Positions 1 through 10,000 of a DNA stretch of 39,925 nucleotides are shown in pieces. A program made the translations under genes and the position numbers. Position 1 is the first letter of the stretch, and every line of letters starts with the position of its first letter. This stretch comes from a virus (lineage: Duplodnaviria; Caudoviricetes): positions 1-39,925 of IMG/VR virus record IMGVR_UViG_3300044513_003828; one strand, written 5' to 3'. The notes under the pieces were generated by a model. It searched no databases. It had not been told where the DNA came from and worked only from the letters and a program-made list of their open reading frames with translations.

Positions 1-1226
1 TCATTATCAATTGAAGCACTCAATGCAACTGCACCTGTACCATCAAATGAAATTGCTGATGCTGTGATATCACCACTAATTGAGAAGTTTTGTCCTGAAG
101 CTAAAGCCGTAGCAGTGTCAGCGTTACCTGTTAAACCACCAACAAAGGTTGTTGATGTAACAGACGTAAGACCCGCTAATGTAGTTGATGTAGCACCTAA
201 ATCGATTTCAGTTGAACCAACAGTTACACTGTCATTCGCTAATGCACTATTTGGAATACTTGTCCATATACCCGCAATGTCAACAGTGTTACCGTCATTT
301 CTCGTTAGAGTTGCAGTACCACTTGAGAACGTCGCACCTGTTACAAAAGTATCAGAAGCTGAAGTTGCAAATCCACTAATTGTGATGTTAGACTCTAATC
401 CACCATTCATAGAAAGTGTTAAATCACCTGTCGGAATATCCAAAGTACCACCTGTGATGAATGGTAACTCAAATGAACTTGAAATAGTACCAGTACCACC
501 AACAGTTAAACCAAATGAGTTATCGTAAGTTATATCATCAATAGCATTTACTGTTAGTACCGTAGCACTACCTAAATTGTCAGTTAATGTGATTACATTA
601 TCCGCAATTGCACCTGTTTCAATAAGGTTAACGTTACCTACTAATGGTACTGATGTACCATCATTTCTTGTAACCTCAATAACACCTGTTGATTGTGTGT
701 AAGTTCCACCCGTAACAAAGGTATCCGTACCGTCAATACCTGTAATGGTAATATCCGATTCTAAACCACCGTTTATACTTAATGTGATTGTACCATTAGA
801 GTACGAACCACTAGTAATGAAAGGTAAATTAATTGGTGAGCTACCAATTGTACCTGTTCCTCCCAATGCAATGTCCCATGCATTGTTGTAAGTCACTGCC
901 GTTACCGCTTGGATAGTTAAATTAGTCGTAGCTGAATCAACATCCGTTAAAGTAACAACGTTATCTGAAATAGAACCACTAACCAACACATCGTCACGAT
1001 AAGACACGACACCGTTTGTGTTAGTTGCCAAGATACGTCCTTCCGTACCTGCCGCTAACCCTCTAACTCTCAAAGGAGTAGAAGTTGAACCAGAAATATC
1101 AACTAAGTTTGTAGGTACTAATACCCCGAAACCGTGATTACCATTTGAATCAATAACTTCTCTTTTAACGTCATTGGTTGTAAATGATAAGATATTACTG
1201 GAATTGTAATTTAAGCCGTTTGCCAT
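1..1226 (-). CDS. Tail fibre-like protein, 3'-partial (runs off the left edge; absent from the supplied ORF track)
   Basis: ATG at 1226 opens a stop-free frame to the window edge (408 codons): MANGLNYNSSNILSFTTNDVKREVIDSNGNHGFG...LPFITSGSYSNGTITLSINGGLESDITITG...GLTGNADTATALASGQNFSISGDITASAISFDGTGAVAL. It is Gly/Ser/Thr-rich, carries a GNADTATAL..ISGD..SFDG fibre-type motif and shares modules with the 1050-aa neighbour. Confidence 0.85.
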   Translation of the reverse strand, partial: MANGLNYNSSNILSFTTNDVKREVIDSNGNHGFGVLVPTNLVDISGSTSTPLRVRGLAAGTEGRILATNTNGVVSYRDDVLVSGSISDNVVTLTDVDSATTNLTIQAVTAVTYNNAWDIALGGTGTIGSSPINLPFITSGSYSNGTITLSINGGLESDITITGIDGTDTFVTGGTYTQSTGVIEVTRNDGTSVPLVGNVNLIETGAIADNVITLTDNLGSATVLTVNAIDDITYDNSFGLTVGGTGTISSSFELPFITGGTLDIPTGDLTLSMNGGLESNITISGFATSASDTFVTGATFSSGTATLTRNDGNTVDIAGIWTSIPNSALANDSVTVGSTEIDLGATSTTLAGLTSVTSTTFVGGLTGNADTATALASGQNFSISGDITASAISFDGTGAVALSASIDN

Positions 1227-1269
1227 TGTCTTAAAATTTTTGTTAGTTTATATTAATCCTTTAAAAGGC

Positions 1270-4200
1270 TTATAATACATTCACCCATCCACTTGATTTA
1301 TACATATACATACCCTCAGCACCATTACCGTCAGAGTTAGTGCAGTATACTAATAAACCTGGAAGAGGTGTGTTTATGGCCAACCTTTCAACTTGAGTCA
1401 TCCTTGGGATAAGAAGACCTTGAGTTGTACTAGCCAATTCTAAAATTGCACATACTGGTGATGTTGTGTCAGTACCCATCGATACCGAACCACCACTAAA
1501 TGTTAATGTGTTTGAGTTTTGGTCAACAATTCTATTTGCGGTTAATTGACCATCATTACTATAGATATTAGTCGAACTAAATGTAATACCACTAATATCA
1601 ACCGAACCACCCGTATTATCTTCGAGAGATAATGTTCCGTTGTTGTAGGTACCACCTGTAATTTCAGGTGCAAATCCTGAAACAGTAAAGTCGGTTCCAT
1701 CATTCATACCCAACGTCAATGTCGTTGGTGAGTATGTTGCCCCCGTTAAGTAAGTGTCGTCAGAATCTAAACCACTGATAGTAATATCAGATTCTAATCC
1801 TCCGTTAATACCTAAAGTGATTGTTCCTGAAGAGTAAGTCCCACCTGTAATAAATGGTAACTCTGTCCCTGAGTAGAATACACCGGTAGAAGTCCCTGAA
1901 AGACCCCAATCATTGTAACCTAAGTCTGTAATTGCATTAACTTGAGCTAATGCTGGTGACCCGATGTTAGGTGTTATTGTTAAATTGTTATTATTAACTG
2001 TTAGTGATTTAACATATGAAAAACCACCAATACCAACATTCTGACCGTCGTTTCTACCTAACGATAGAATACCTGTTGATTCTGTGTATGTACCACCAGT
2101 GACATAAGTATCGGAACTTGTGGATGTAAAACCTGTAATATCAAATGAACCACCATCAACATCCACTAATGTCAATGTATCATTAATTAACGTACCACCT
2201 GTTAAGTATGGAACACCATGGATGGTTCCAAATAAGTAAGTATCTGTATGACCTGTGTTACCTAAAGTAATCGTATTTGAACCATTACCAATTGCATCAG
2301 TACCAATAACAATCTCATTTGACCCATTATTGACTGAGGCTTTAGACCCTTTACCTATAAAAATAGAGTCATTAGCAATTCCATTCAAACCTCCACCATC
2401 AATATTTTGTCCCGCCTCGAAACCTATTGCGACGTTATCACTACCTGTTTGATTAGTCGAAAGAGAATCTGCACCAACACCAACGTTTCTTAAACCTGTA
2501 GTATTACTAACGAGGGCATCGTTACCAATAGCAACGTTGAAGTTACCACTACGGTTACCATGTAATGCTGTATCACCAACGGCCACGTTAAAAGTTCCCT
2601 CGTCGTTAAATCTCAATGATTCATAACCAATGGCAATGTTCCTACTATTATCAGTAATATCATAACCCGCTCTATAACCAATTAAAATACTACCACTAGC
2701 AGTTGTAACTTCATAACCCGCCTGATATCCAATCGCAACACCGATACTACCACCACCATTGTAAAATGCCTCACTACCTACCGCAACATTCTCTAATGAA
2801 GTGGTACCGTTATACATCGCATTCTTACCGATAGCCGTGTTATTATTACCTGTAGTGTTTTTGTAAAGAGCTAACGAACCAAAGGCAGAGTTACCACTTC
2901 CTGTAGTTGCACTTAACGTCCAAGTACCAAATGCACTGTTACCATTACCTGATGAATTATTTGCAAGTGCTGATGCACCAAACACGGTATTACTTGAAAT
3001 GTCACCACCACCGTTACCAGCAGTGATACCCTCATTAATTGTTAAATCAAATTCACTCGTTACTGAACGAACAGATATTGCTCTTGTTGTGGTACTACCA
3101 TTATCTGTAACATCTTGAAGTGTTAGTGAACCACCACCTCCTGATGTAAATCCTGTAACATCTACAGTATTACCATCATTTCTACTTAAAGTTAGAGTCG
3201 TAGTCCCACTATTGTAAGTTCCACCAGTGACGTAGTAGTCAGTAGAAGATGAGTCAATCCACGTAATACCTGTTGTAGATGTTGAAAGAATCTGACCTGT
3301 ATTACCTGTTAATCCATTATTATCATAAATGTATGTGAAACCTGCAGGTCCTCTTGTTGTTAGACCAATATTAGTTCCGTTAATATTACCACTTGTAATC
3401 GTGGCATTATTTGAAGTTATTGTCACAGGTGTTGTATTACCTAAAACTACACCGTTAAGATAACCGCTGGTAATAGTAGCATTGTTCGATGTTATAGTAA
3501 CAGGTGTAACATTTCCTAAAACAACCCCATTAAGATACCCACCTGTAATAGTAGCATTGTTTGATGTTATAGTAACAGGTGTTGTATTACCTAAAACTAC
3601 ACCATTAAGATAACCACCAGTAATAGTCGCACTGTTAGATGTTAACGTTACCGGAGATACACTACCTAAAACAACACCATCAATGTAACCACCATTAATA
3701 TCAACTGTTGTTGCGGTTAAAGTGGCACCTGATATATACATACCTGTTGTCGATACATTACCTGTATCTAAAACCTGTTGTAATGTTTGAGAACCACCAC
3801 CAGAAGTAAAACCTGTTACATTGATGGTCCCACCTGTGTTATTATCGAGGCTTAAAGTTCCTGTTCCTGAATTGTAGGTCCCTCCTGTGATTTGCCAGTC
3901 AGTTCCCCAAAATATTCTCCAACGAGCATTTTCTCTTGTTACACCACTAACACCCTCAATAGAAGAATTTAACCATGCATTAATAAAATCTTCACCGCCA
4001 CTAGTAGAAGTAGTAATTGTAGTTCCATAATCGGTTTGTGATGTGGATTCACTCGCGTTATCCCACAATGTCTCATAATCATCTATAGAAAACTGATATG
4101 TTTGACTTGTCTCGTGAACATATACCAACATACCCAATCTTCTACGTCCCGATGAAATATTATCAGAATTTAAAGTTAAGGTATCAGGTAAAAAGGGTAA

Positions 4201-4422
4201 GGTCCTTTTAGAGTAGTTTACCGGTATAGTATTACCAGTAAATTCAATAGGACCCGTTGCACCATCAGGAATAGTAAATGACAAATCATTTAACGTATAA
4301 ACCTCCATATAACCACCAACTTGTAACACACTAAAGTTAGTACCATAGGTTTTAAGTCTCGATACTGTTTCTACCGTATTAAGTTGTGAATCTGATATTG
4401 GATTTTTATACTGAAATGCCAT
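1270..4422 (-). CDS. Tail fibre/adhesin-like protein (1050 aa) with beta-roll (YadA/Hep-Hag-like) repeats
   Basis: Contains NxAxGxxAL..NTTG repeats (~2240-3010), TLQQV/TLQDV..GxxxT fibre motifs, repeated TGGTY..GTLTL.RNDG..V.ITGF modules and four 25-aa tandem repeats. The C-terminus carries an AILELASTTQGLLIPRMT..R.AI..P..GLLVY..G.Y.Y...W module. Confidence 0.75.
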   Translation of the reverse strand: MAFQYKNPISDSQLNTVETVSRLKTYGTNFSVLQVGGYMEVYTLNDLSFTIPDGATGPIEFTGNTIPVNYSKRTLPFLPDTLTLNSDNISSGRRRLGMLVYVHETSQTYQFSIDDYETLWDNASESTSQTDYGTTITTSTSGGEDFINAWLNSSIEGVSGVTRENARWRIFWGTDWQITGGTYNSGTGTLSLDNNTGGTINVTGFTSGGGSQTLQQVLDTGNVSTTGMYISGATLTATTVDINGGYIDGVVLGSVSPVTLTSNSATITGGYLNGVVLGNTTPVTITSNNATITGGYLNGVVLGNVTPVTITSNNATITSGYLNGVVLGNTTPVTITSNNATITSGNINGTNIGLTTRGPAGFTYIYDNNGLTGNTGQILSTSTTGITWIDSSSTDYYVTGGTYNSGTTTLTLSRNDGNTVDVTGFTSGGGGSLTLQDVTDNGSTTTRAISVRSVTSEFDLTINEGITAGNGGGDISSNTVFGASALANNSSGNGNSAFGTWTLSATTGSGNSAFGSLALYKNTTGNNNTAIGKNAMYNGTTSLENVAVGSEAFYNGGGSIGVAIGYQAGYEVTTASGSILIGYRAGYDITDNSRNIAIGYESLRFNDEGTFNVAVGDTALHGNRSGNFNVAIGNDALVSNTTGLRNVGVGADSLSTNQTGSDNVAIGFEAGQNIDGGGLNGIANDSIFIGKGSKASVNNGSNEIVIGTDAIGNGSNTITLGNTGHTDTYLFGTIHGVPYLTGGTLINDTLTLVDVDGGSFDITGFTSTSSDTYVTGGTYTESTGILSLGRNDGQNVGIGGFSYVKSLTVNNNNLTITPNIGSPALAQVNAITDLGYNDWGLSGTSTGVFYSGTELPFITGGTYSSGTITLGINGGLESDITISGLDSDDTYLTGATYSPTTLTLGMNDGTDFTVSGFAPEITGGTYNNGTLSLEDNTGGSVDISGITFSSTNIYSNDGQLTANRIVDQNSNTLTFSGGSVSMGTDTTSPVCAILELASTTQGLLIPRMTQVERLAINTPLPGLLVYCTNSDGNGAEGMYMYKSSGWVNVL
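3395..3700 (-). repeat. 75-bp (25-aa) tandem repeat, about 4 copies plus a degenerate fifth, unit ITGGYLNGVVLGNTTPVTITSNNAT
   Basis: Anchor ctaaaac recurs on the + strand at 3441, 3516, 3591 and 3666 (period 75). Confidence 0.92.
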
Positions 4423-4439
4423 CTTTTTTTTATTTTATT

Positions 4440-4446
4440 ATAAATA
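4440..4446 (-). promoter_or_regulatory. TATTTAT upstream motif (putative phage late promoter element)
   Basis: Coding strand ACTATTTATAATAAAATAAAAAAAAG-ATG. The same heptamer precedes at least five starts in the window. Confidence 0.55.
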
Positions 4447-4449
4447 GTT

Positions 4450-6942
4450 TTAACTTACCGTACCAGCCTTAAAGTAAAGCGGATTCGATGAATTATTTAA
4501 TTTTAATCCTGTTAAATTATATGTCGTATATAATCTATATGTTGTGTTGGCATATACACTACCCGTATAACTAACTAAACCTAAGTTATAGAATGTTGAA
4601 CTTGGTGTAATACTATTACCATACGAAGTACTAGTGTCTTGTAAAATTTCAGTAACCCTATTAGATGAAGAACCAATAGAATCTTGAGGTACTAAGAAGG
4701 TATACCATGCATCTCCTGAAATTGTTCCCGAAGGAATAATGATTTCCTCAAATAAGTATTGACCCGCGCCACTTTGAGGTATATTAGCAGTATATACTTG
4801 AGGTAAACCTGTAACACCTGAAGTTGCAAACATTTCCATGTATGTTTCAATATCTGATGTGTTAGTTGGTTGTGTTGTATTAGTGAAACCATACCAATTA
4901 GATATCGGGGTACCACCATTATAAATGTAAGTCCCTATATCAGTAGCCTTTGATTGTGGTTCAATAAATAATAATGCCGGAGCGACACCCGCAACACTAG
5001 GAGTGATACTCGGCGTTGGTGTTAATGTTGGCGTTACCGATACAGTTGCTGAAGGTGTAATCGAAGGTGTAGGTGTTGGAGTTGCTGTTGATGTAGGTGT
5101 TGTTGATGGTGTTATCGAAACTGTTGGTGTGATAGATGCGGTTGGCGTAATTGAAGCCGTCGGAGTAACCGTTTGTGTTGGAGTTACTGATGGTGTAGCC
5201 GAAGGCGTAATAGATTGAGTAACCGATGGTGTCACTGTTGAGGTAGGTGTTGATGAAGGAGTCGACTCTGGCGTTGAAGAAACAGTTGGAGTAACCGAAG
5301 CTGTTGGAGTAACTGATTGTGTTGGTGTAATTGAAGCTGTTGGTGTGATTGATGCGGTTGGTGTAACGGAAACTGTTGGAGTAACCGATGCCGTTGGTGT
5401 AACCGTTGATGTCGGAGTCAATGTTGGAGTTACTGATGGTGTTGACGCAGGTGTTGACGACACTGTTGGAGTTACAGAAGCTGTTGGTGTTACAGAAACT
5501 GTTGGGGTTACTGATGCCGTTGGAGTAACCGATTGTGTTGGAGTTATTGAAACCGTCGGGGTCACAGATACTGTTGGTGTTATTGAAGCAGTTGGAGTTA
5601 CCGATGCTGTCGGAGTTACAGATTGAGTCGGTGTTACTGACACTGTCGGAGTGATAGATGCCGTTGGTGTAACTGAAACCGTTGGGGTTACAGATTGAGT
5701 AGGTGTAACAGATACTGTCGGTGTAACAGATACTGTCGGTGTAATAGAAGCTGTTGGCGTAATCGTAGGTGTTGGTGTAACTGTTGAACCTGGAGTAGTA
5801 GTTACCGATGGTGTTACCGTTGAAGTTGGAGTGACCGTTTGAGTTGGGGTCACTGAAGCCGTCGGAGTAACTGAAGCCGTCGGAGTAACTGTTTGTGTTG
5901 GTGTGACTGTTGATGTAGGCGTAATTGTAGGTGTTGACGATGGAGTAGAACCAGGTGTAGCAGTTACAGACGGAGTAACTGAAGTTGTAGGTGTTACTGT
6001 TTGTGTTGGAGTTATTGAAGCCGTCGGGGTCACAGAAACTGTTGGAGTAATTGATGATGTAGGAGTAACTGTTGTTCCTGGTGTCGCACTTACTGATGGT
6101 GTCACAGAAGCAGTCGGGGTTACCGATTGAGTAGGGGTAATCGATACCGTTGGCGTTACTGAAGATGTTGGAGTTATTGAAGGTGTCGTAGTTACTGATA
6201 CTGTTGGTGTCACAGACGGACTTGCACCTGGACTAGCGGCTGGTGTTGATGTCAAAGATGGGGTCACTGTTACAGTTGGCGTTACTGTTGATGTTGGGGT
6301 AGGACTAACATCACCTCCTGTCGGTGTCACAGAAGGAGTCGGAGTGGATGTAGGTGTTGGTGTCGGAGAAACAGGAACATCAAATTCAACTTTACTATCC
6401 TCACCAAAGTTAAAACCATCCGAAGGAACACCGTTATATGTAAATCCACTAAAGACAACATTATTTTGATTAACAAAATTATAATCTAATGTTGTGGCAG
6501 TCAATGTTTCAGTACCACCTGTTGAATTAGCAGGAATAACAATAGTCGGACTCAAAGTCTCAGTACCTCCTGTTGTCGTAAACAATACGTTATCAAAAGC
6601 AATCGTTAGATTACTTGTTGGAATAACTCGTGGTTTCGCAACATATCTAGCAACGACAGAACCTGGTATATAAACAACCGATAAGTCAATAACATTTAAA
6701 TCACCATAGATAATGATACTTTTTGTTAAAGTTTCATCATTACAATCTGGCTGTTTGTTTTCGAATGTTAAATTGTATGTAGTACCCGTCGGCTCAGCAG
6801 GGAAATTATACACCACACCCGCAACCAATTGGTCTCTTGTCTGACCAGACAAAATTGGTGTTGTGCTTGTAGAACCCGTATATATATTGAAAGGTCCAAC
6901 CGCGTTGGAACTTAGTGTTAATCTTAAAACAACCTGAGCCAT
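4450..6942 (-). CDS. Mucin-like virion-associated protein (830 aa): N-terminal beta domain(s), ~460-aa Pro/Thr/Ser stalk, C-terminal globular domain
   Basis: Long ORF with a central TPT(A/V/Q/S)S(V/I) hexapeptide tract. It lies between fibre and adhesin genes and has no signal peptide. Virion location is inferred from context. Confidence 0.75.
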   Translation of the reverse strand: MAQVVLRLTLSSNAVGPFNIYTGSTSTTPILSGQTRDQLVAGVVYNFPAEPTGTTYNLTFENKQPDCNDETLTKSIIIYGDLNVIDLSVVYIPGSVVARYVAKPRVIPTSNLTIAFDNVLFTTTGGTETLSPTIVIPANSTGGTETLTATTLDYNFVNQNNVVFSGFTYNGVPSDGFNFGEDSKVEFDVPVSPTPTPTSTPTPSVTPTGGDVSPTPTSTVTPTVTVTPSLTSTPAASPGASPSVTPTVSVTTTPSITPTSSVTPTVSITPTQSVTPTASVTPSVSATPGTTVTPTSSITPTVSVTPTASITPTQTVTPTTSVTPSVTATPGSTPSSTPTITPTSTVTPTQTVTPTASVTPTASVTPTQTVTPTSTVTPSVTTTPGSTVTPTPTITPTASITPTVSVTPTVSVTPTQSVTPTVSVTPTASITPTVSVTPTQSVTPTASVTPTASITPTVSVTPTVSITPTQSVTPTASVTPTVSVTPTASVTPTVSSTPASTPSVTPTLTPTSTVTPTASVTPTVSVTPTASITPTASITPTQSVTPTASVTPTVSSTPESTPSSTPTSTVTPSVTQSITPSATPSVTPTQTVTPTASITPTASITPTVSITPSTTPTSTATPTPTPSITPSATVSVTPTLTPTPSITPSVAGVAPALLFIEPQSKATDIGTYIYNGGTPISNWYGFTNTTQPTNTSDIETYMEMFATSGVTGLPQVYTANIPQSGAGQYLFEEIIIPSGTISGDAWYTFLVPQDSIGSSSNRVTEILQDTSTSYGNSITPSSTFYNLGLVSYTGSVYANTTYRLYTTYNLTGLKLNNSSNPLYFKAGTVS
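4995..6372 (-). repeat. Degenerate 18-bp (hexapeptide TPTxS[VI]) coding repeat tract
   Basis: Translation is almost entirely T/P/S/V/I/A with 6-residue periodicity, and synonymous codons vary between units. Confidence 0.92.
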
Positions 6943-6957
6943 CTAATAGTTTTAATA

Positions 6958-6964
6958 ATAAATA
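6958..6964 (-). promoter_or_regulatory. TATTTAT upstream motif (putative phage late promoter element)
   Basis: Coding strand AATATTTATTATTAAAACTATTAG-ATG, 15 nt before the 830-aa start. Confidence 0.55.
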
Positions 6965-7032
6965 TTAGACCATCAGTAAATTACTAAAATTATTACCTTT
7001 ACTTTGTAATATATTTTTAAGTGGTCTATAAA

Positions 7033-10000
7033 TTAGATTGTAGGGTCACCTCTAAAATTAACAGTATTTGTGGTACCATCTACAGGATTATGTGAGTAAG
7101 AATCAGTATTTGGTGATGTTACAATTTTAACTGTTGGTTGTGAGAACGGACTACCAACGTTTATACGTGCAGTAGTTCCAAAATACTCGCTACACCCAAC
7201 ACCTGTCGGACCATAAGATTCTAAAGTTAATAAAATAGTGTCCGTTGATAACACTTGGAAGTTATTTGTAGATATCGTAGGGTTAGAACCTGAATTCTTA
7301 GTTACCGTAGATGTCAATGTTCCATTTTTGTAAACCTTACCGATGTATTTTTCACAACCATTACTTAACTCAGCAGTTACAAAATAAGTAAATGTTGACG
7401 GTGGTGGCGTAGCCGACCTTGTCGGAGTAATAGACCTCGTTGGTGTTGGAGTTGGTGTCTTAGTCCTTGTAGGTGTTAAAGATGGTGTAGGTGTCTTAGT
7501 CCTTGTAGGTGTCACAGTCGGAGTAACCGAAGGACAAACAGAATTAATACTTGAGATATCTGTAATATTACCACCTCCGTCAACAGTTATCAAATCATTC
7601 GAGCTAGATGAACCAACAACAGTCGGATAATCACCTCTCACATATTTACCTGAAGGAATAGGGTCATTAGGATTACTCTGTGAACCTAAGAATGTTCCCA
7701 CTTGCAACGTACCAACATATTTAACACTTGTACCGTAACTTTGTGAGTTAGTTATATCAGACCAATATACACATATAGTATCTGAAGCTTGATTAGGACC
7801 ATCACTTTCGGTCCAAAGAGTCTCAGTACCTTCAACACCTATTTTATAAGAACTCCATAAGTTTTCAGTAACATAAACTACAGATGGTGTGGGTGTCACA
7901 GTCTTCGTTGGAGTTATAGTTACACTTGGTGTTACACTATTTGTCGGAGTAACTGAATTTGTTGGTGTTACACTATTCGTTGGTGTAATTGATGAAGTTG
8001 GAGTTATAGATACCGTTGGAGTAATTGTTGGTGTTGGCGACACTGTAGAACCAGGTGTTGAACTTGGAGTTACCGTTACTGTCGGCGTCTGAGTTTTAGT
8101 TGGTGTCACACTATTGGTTGGCGTAATAGATGCCGTTGGAGTAATTGTTGGTGTAGGTGTAATAGATGACGTTGGCGTTACACTATTCGTTGGTGTAATG
8201 GATACTGTCGGAGTAATTGTTGGTGTAGGTGAAACTGTTGAGCCTGGTGTCGCACTTGGAGTTACCGTTGCTGTCGGCGTCTGAGTTTTAGTCGGTGTTA
8301 CACTATTCGTTGGCGTAATAGATGCCGTTGGCGTAATTGATGAAGTTGGAGTTACCGTAGAACCAGGAGTTGCACTTGGAGTTACCGTTGCTGTCGGTGT
8401 TACACTATTCGTCGGTGTGATAGATGAAGTTGGTGTTATACTTGGTGTTGGTGAAACTGTTGAACCAGGAGTCGCACTTGGAGTTACAGTACTAGTTGGG
8501 GTCACACTATTGGTCGGAGTAATAGATGCCGTTGGTGTAATTGACGATGTTGGAGTTACCGTAGAACCAGGAGTTGCACTTGGAGTTACCGTTGCTGTCG
8601 GTGTCTGAGTATTAGTTGGTGTCACACTATTCGTTGGTGTAACACTTGATGTTGGAGTTATTGTAGATACCGGAGTAGCCGTTGGTGTCAATGTGTTTGT
8701 AGGAGTTACCGTTTGTGTTGGAGTAATTGAATTAGTTGGTGTTAATGTCGGAGTAACTGAAGGTGACGAGGCAGGTGTCTCACTAGGTGTCACTGAACTA
8801 GTAGTTGTTACCGTTTGTGTCGGTGTAACTGTCAATGTCGGAGTAACAGACGATGTTGGAGTGATAGTGGGTGTTGTTGAAGGCGTTGATACCGGTGTCT
8901 CAGTAGGCGTTACCGAGCTAGTCGGAGTAACCGTCTGTGTTGGAGTGACTGTAGATGTAGGAGTGACTGTAGATGTAGGAGTGATAGTATTAGTTGGTGT
9001 GATTGTTGTTGTAGGTGTCATCGTCAATGTCGGTGTTGGAGTCATACTCACACATACCGATTGTGATTGTGCAATCGCATTACCCGAACCATTGTCAACC
9101 ACCGTAAATACAGTACTACCACTCATAGGTCTTACATAGAATACAGTATTTGAAGTCGATAATAGTGCTTGTAACTCAGCGATAGTGTAAGGGTCAGTAC
9201 CCGTGCTGTTTTGATACAATACCTCACCAACACTCAATCCGTCTTGAGCATAAATTATATCTGTCGGAACACTACTGAAACATACGTCATAACTACTTGT
9301 TGAAATGTAGTAATATGCCCCGTCAAGTGGGTTAGATAATGATGGCGTTACCGTTGGAGTCATGGTAACCGTAGTTGTTGGCGTCACCGTGACTGTCGAT
9401 GTTGGAGTTATCGTTACCGTAGGAGTAATCGTATTAGTCGGTGTCATCGTTACAGTAGTTGTCGGAGTTATCGTTACCGTAGGAGTGATTGTACTAGTTG
9501 GTGTAACCGTAACCGTAGTTGTCGGAGTTATCGTTACCGTAGGTGTGATTGTTCTTGTCGGAGTGATTGAACGAGTAGGTGTAATTGTTGGTGTAACACT
9601 ATTCGTTGGAGTGATAGAAGGTGTCGGAGATGGTGTTGGGGAAGGAATAACACCACAATCTAAATTGTAATCAATACGTAAGTCAATATTAACAATCTCA
9701 TTATTGTTACACTCACCTGTCATCTTAATTGTATTATTAATAATGTCGGTTTCAACACCATTAATACCTGTAAATCCTGTCAATACACTCTCAATAGTAT
9801 TCGCCCATAACTCGTCACTTGGAACATCACTAATTGTGTATCCTGTATAGAAACTACCTGTTGCTGTCTGACCACTGTAATCAATATCATAGTTGAATAC
9901 CATACTAATAAAGGTACAACCAGTATACATCGTTAAGTTATCAGTCAAATCTAAGTATCCATCACCAGCCATTTCGATGAAACCTTTTCTCTTAATAACG

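Noticed and set aside
64-528. 154-aa + strand ORF
   Set aside because: Antisense to the real minus-strand fibre gene starting at 1226, which has recognisable modules shared with its neighbour.
6966-7028. Inverted repeat TAGACCA...TGGTCTA spanning the gap between the 3006-aa and 830-aa genes, considered as a structured RNA
   Set aside because: Only 7 bp of pairing around an AT-rich ~49-nt loop and no U tract, which is not distinguishable from chance.
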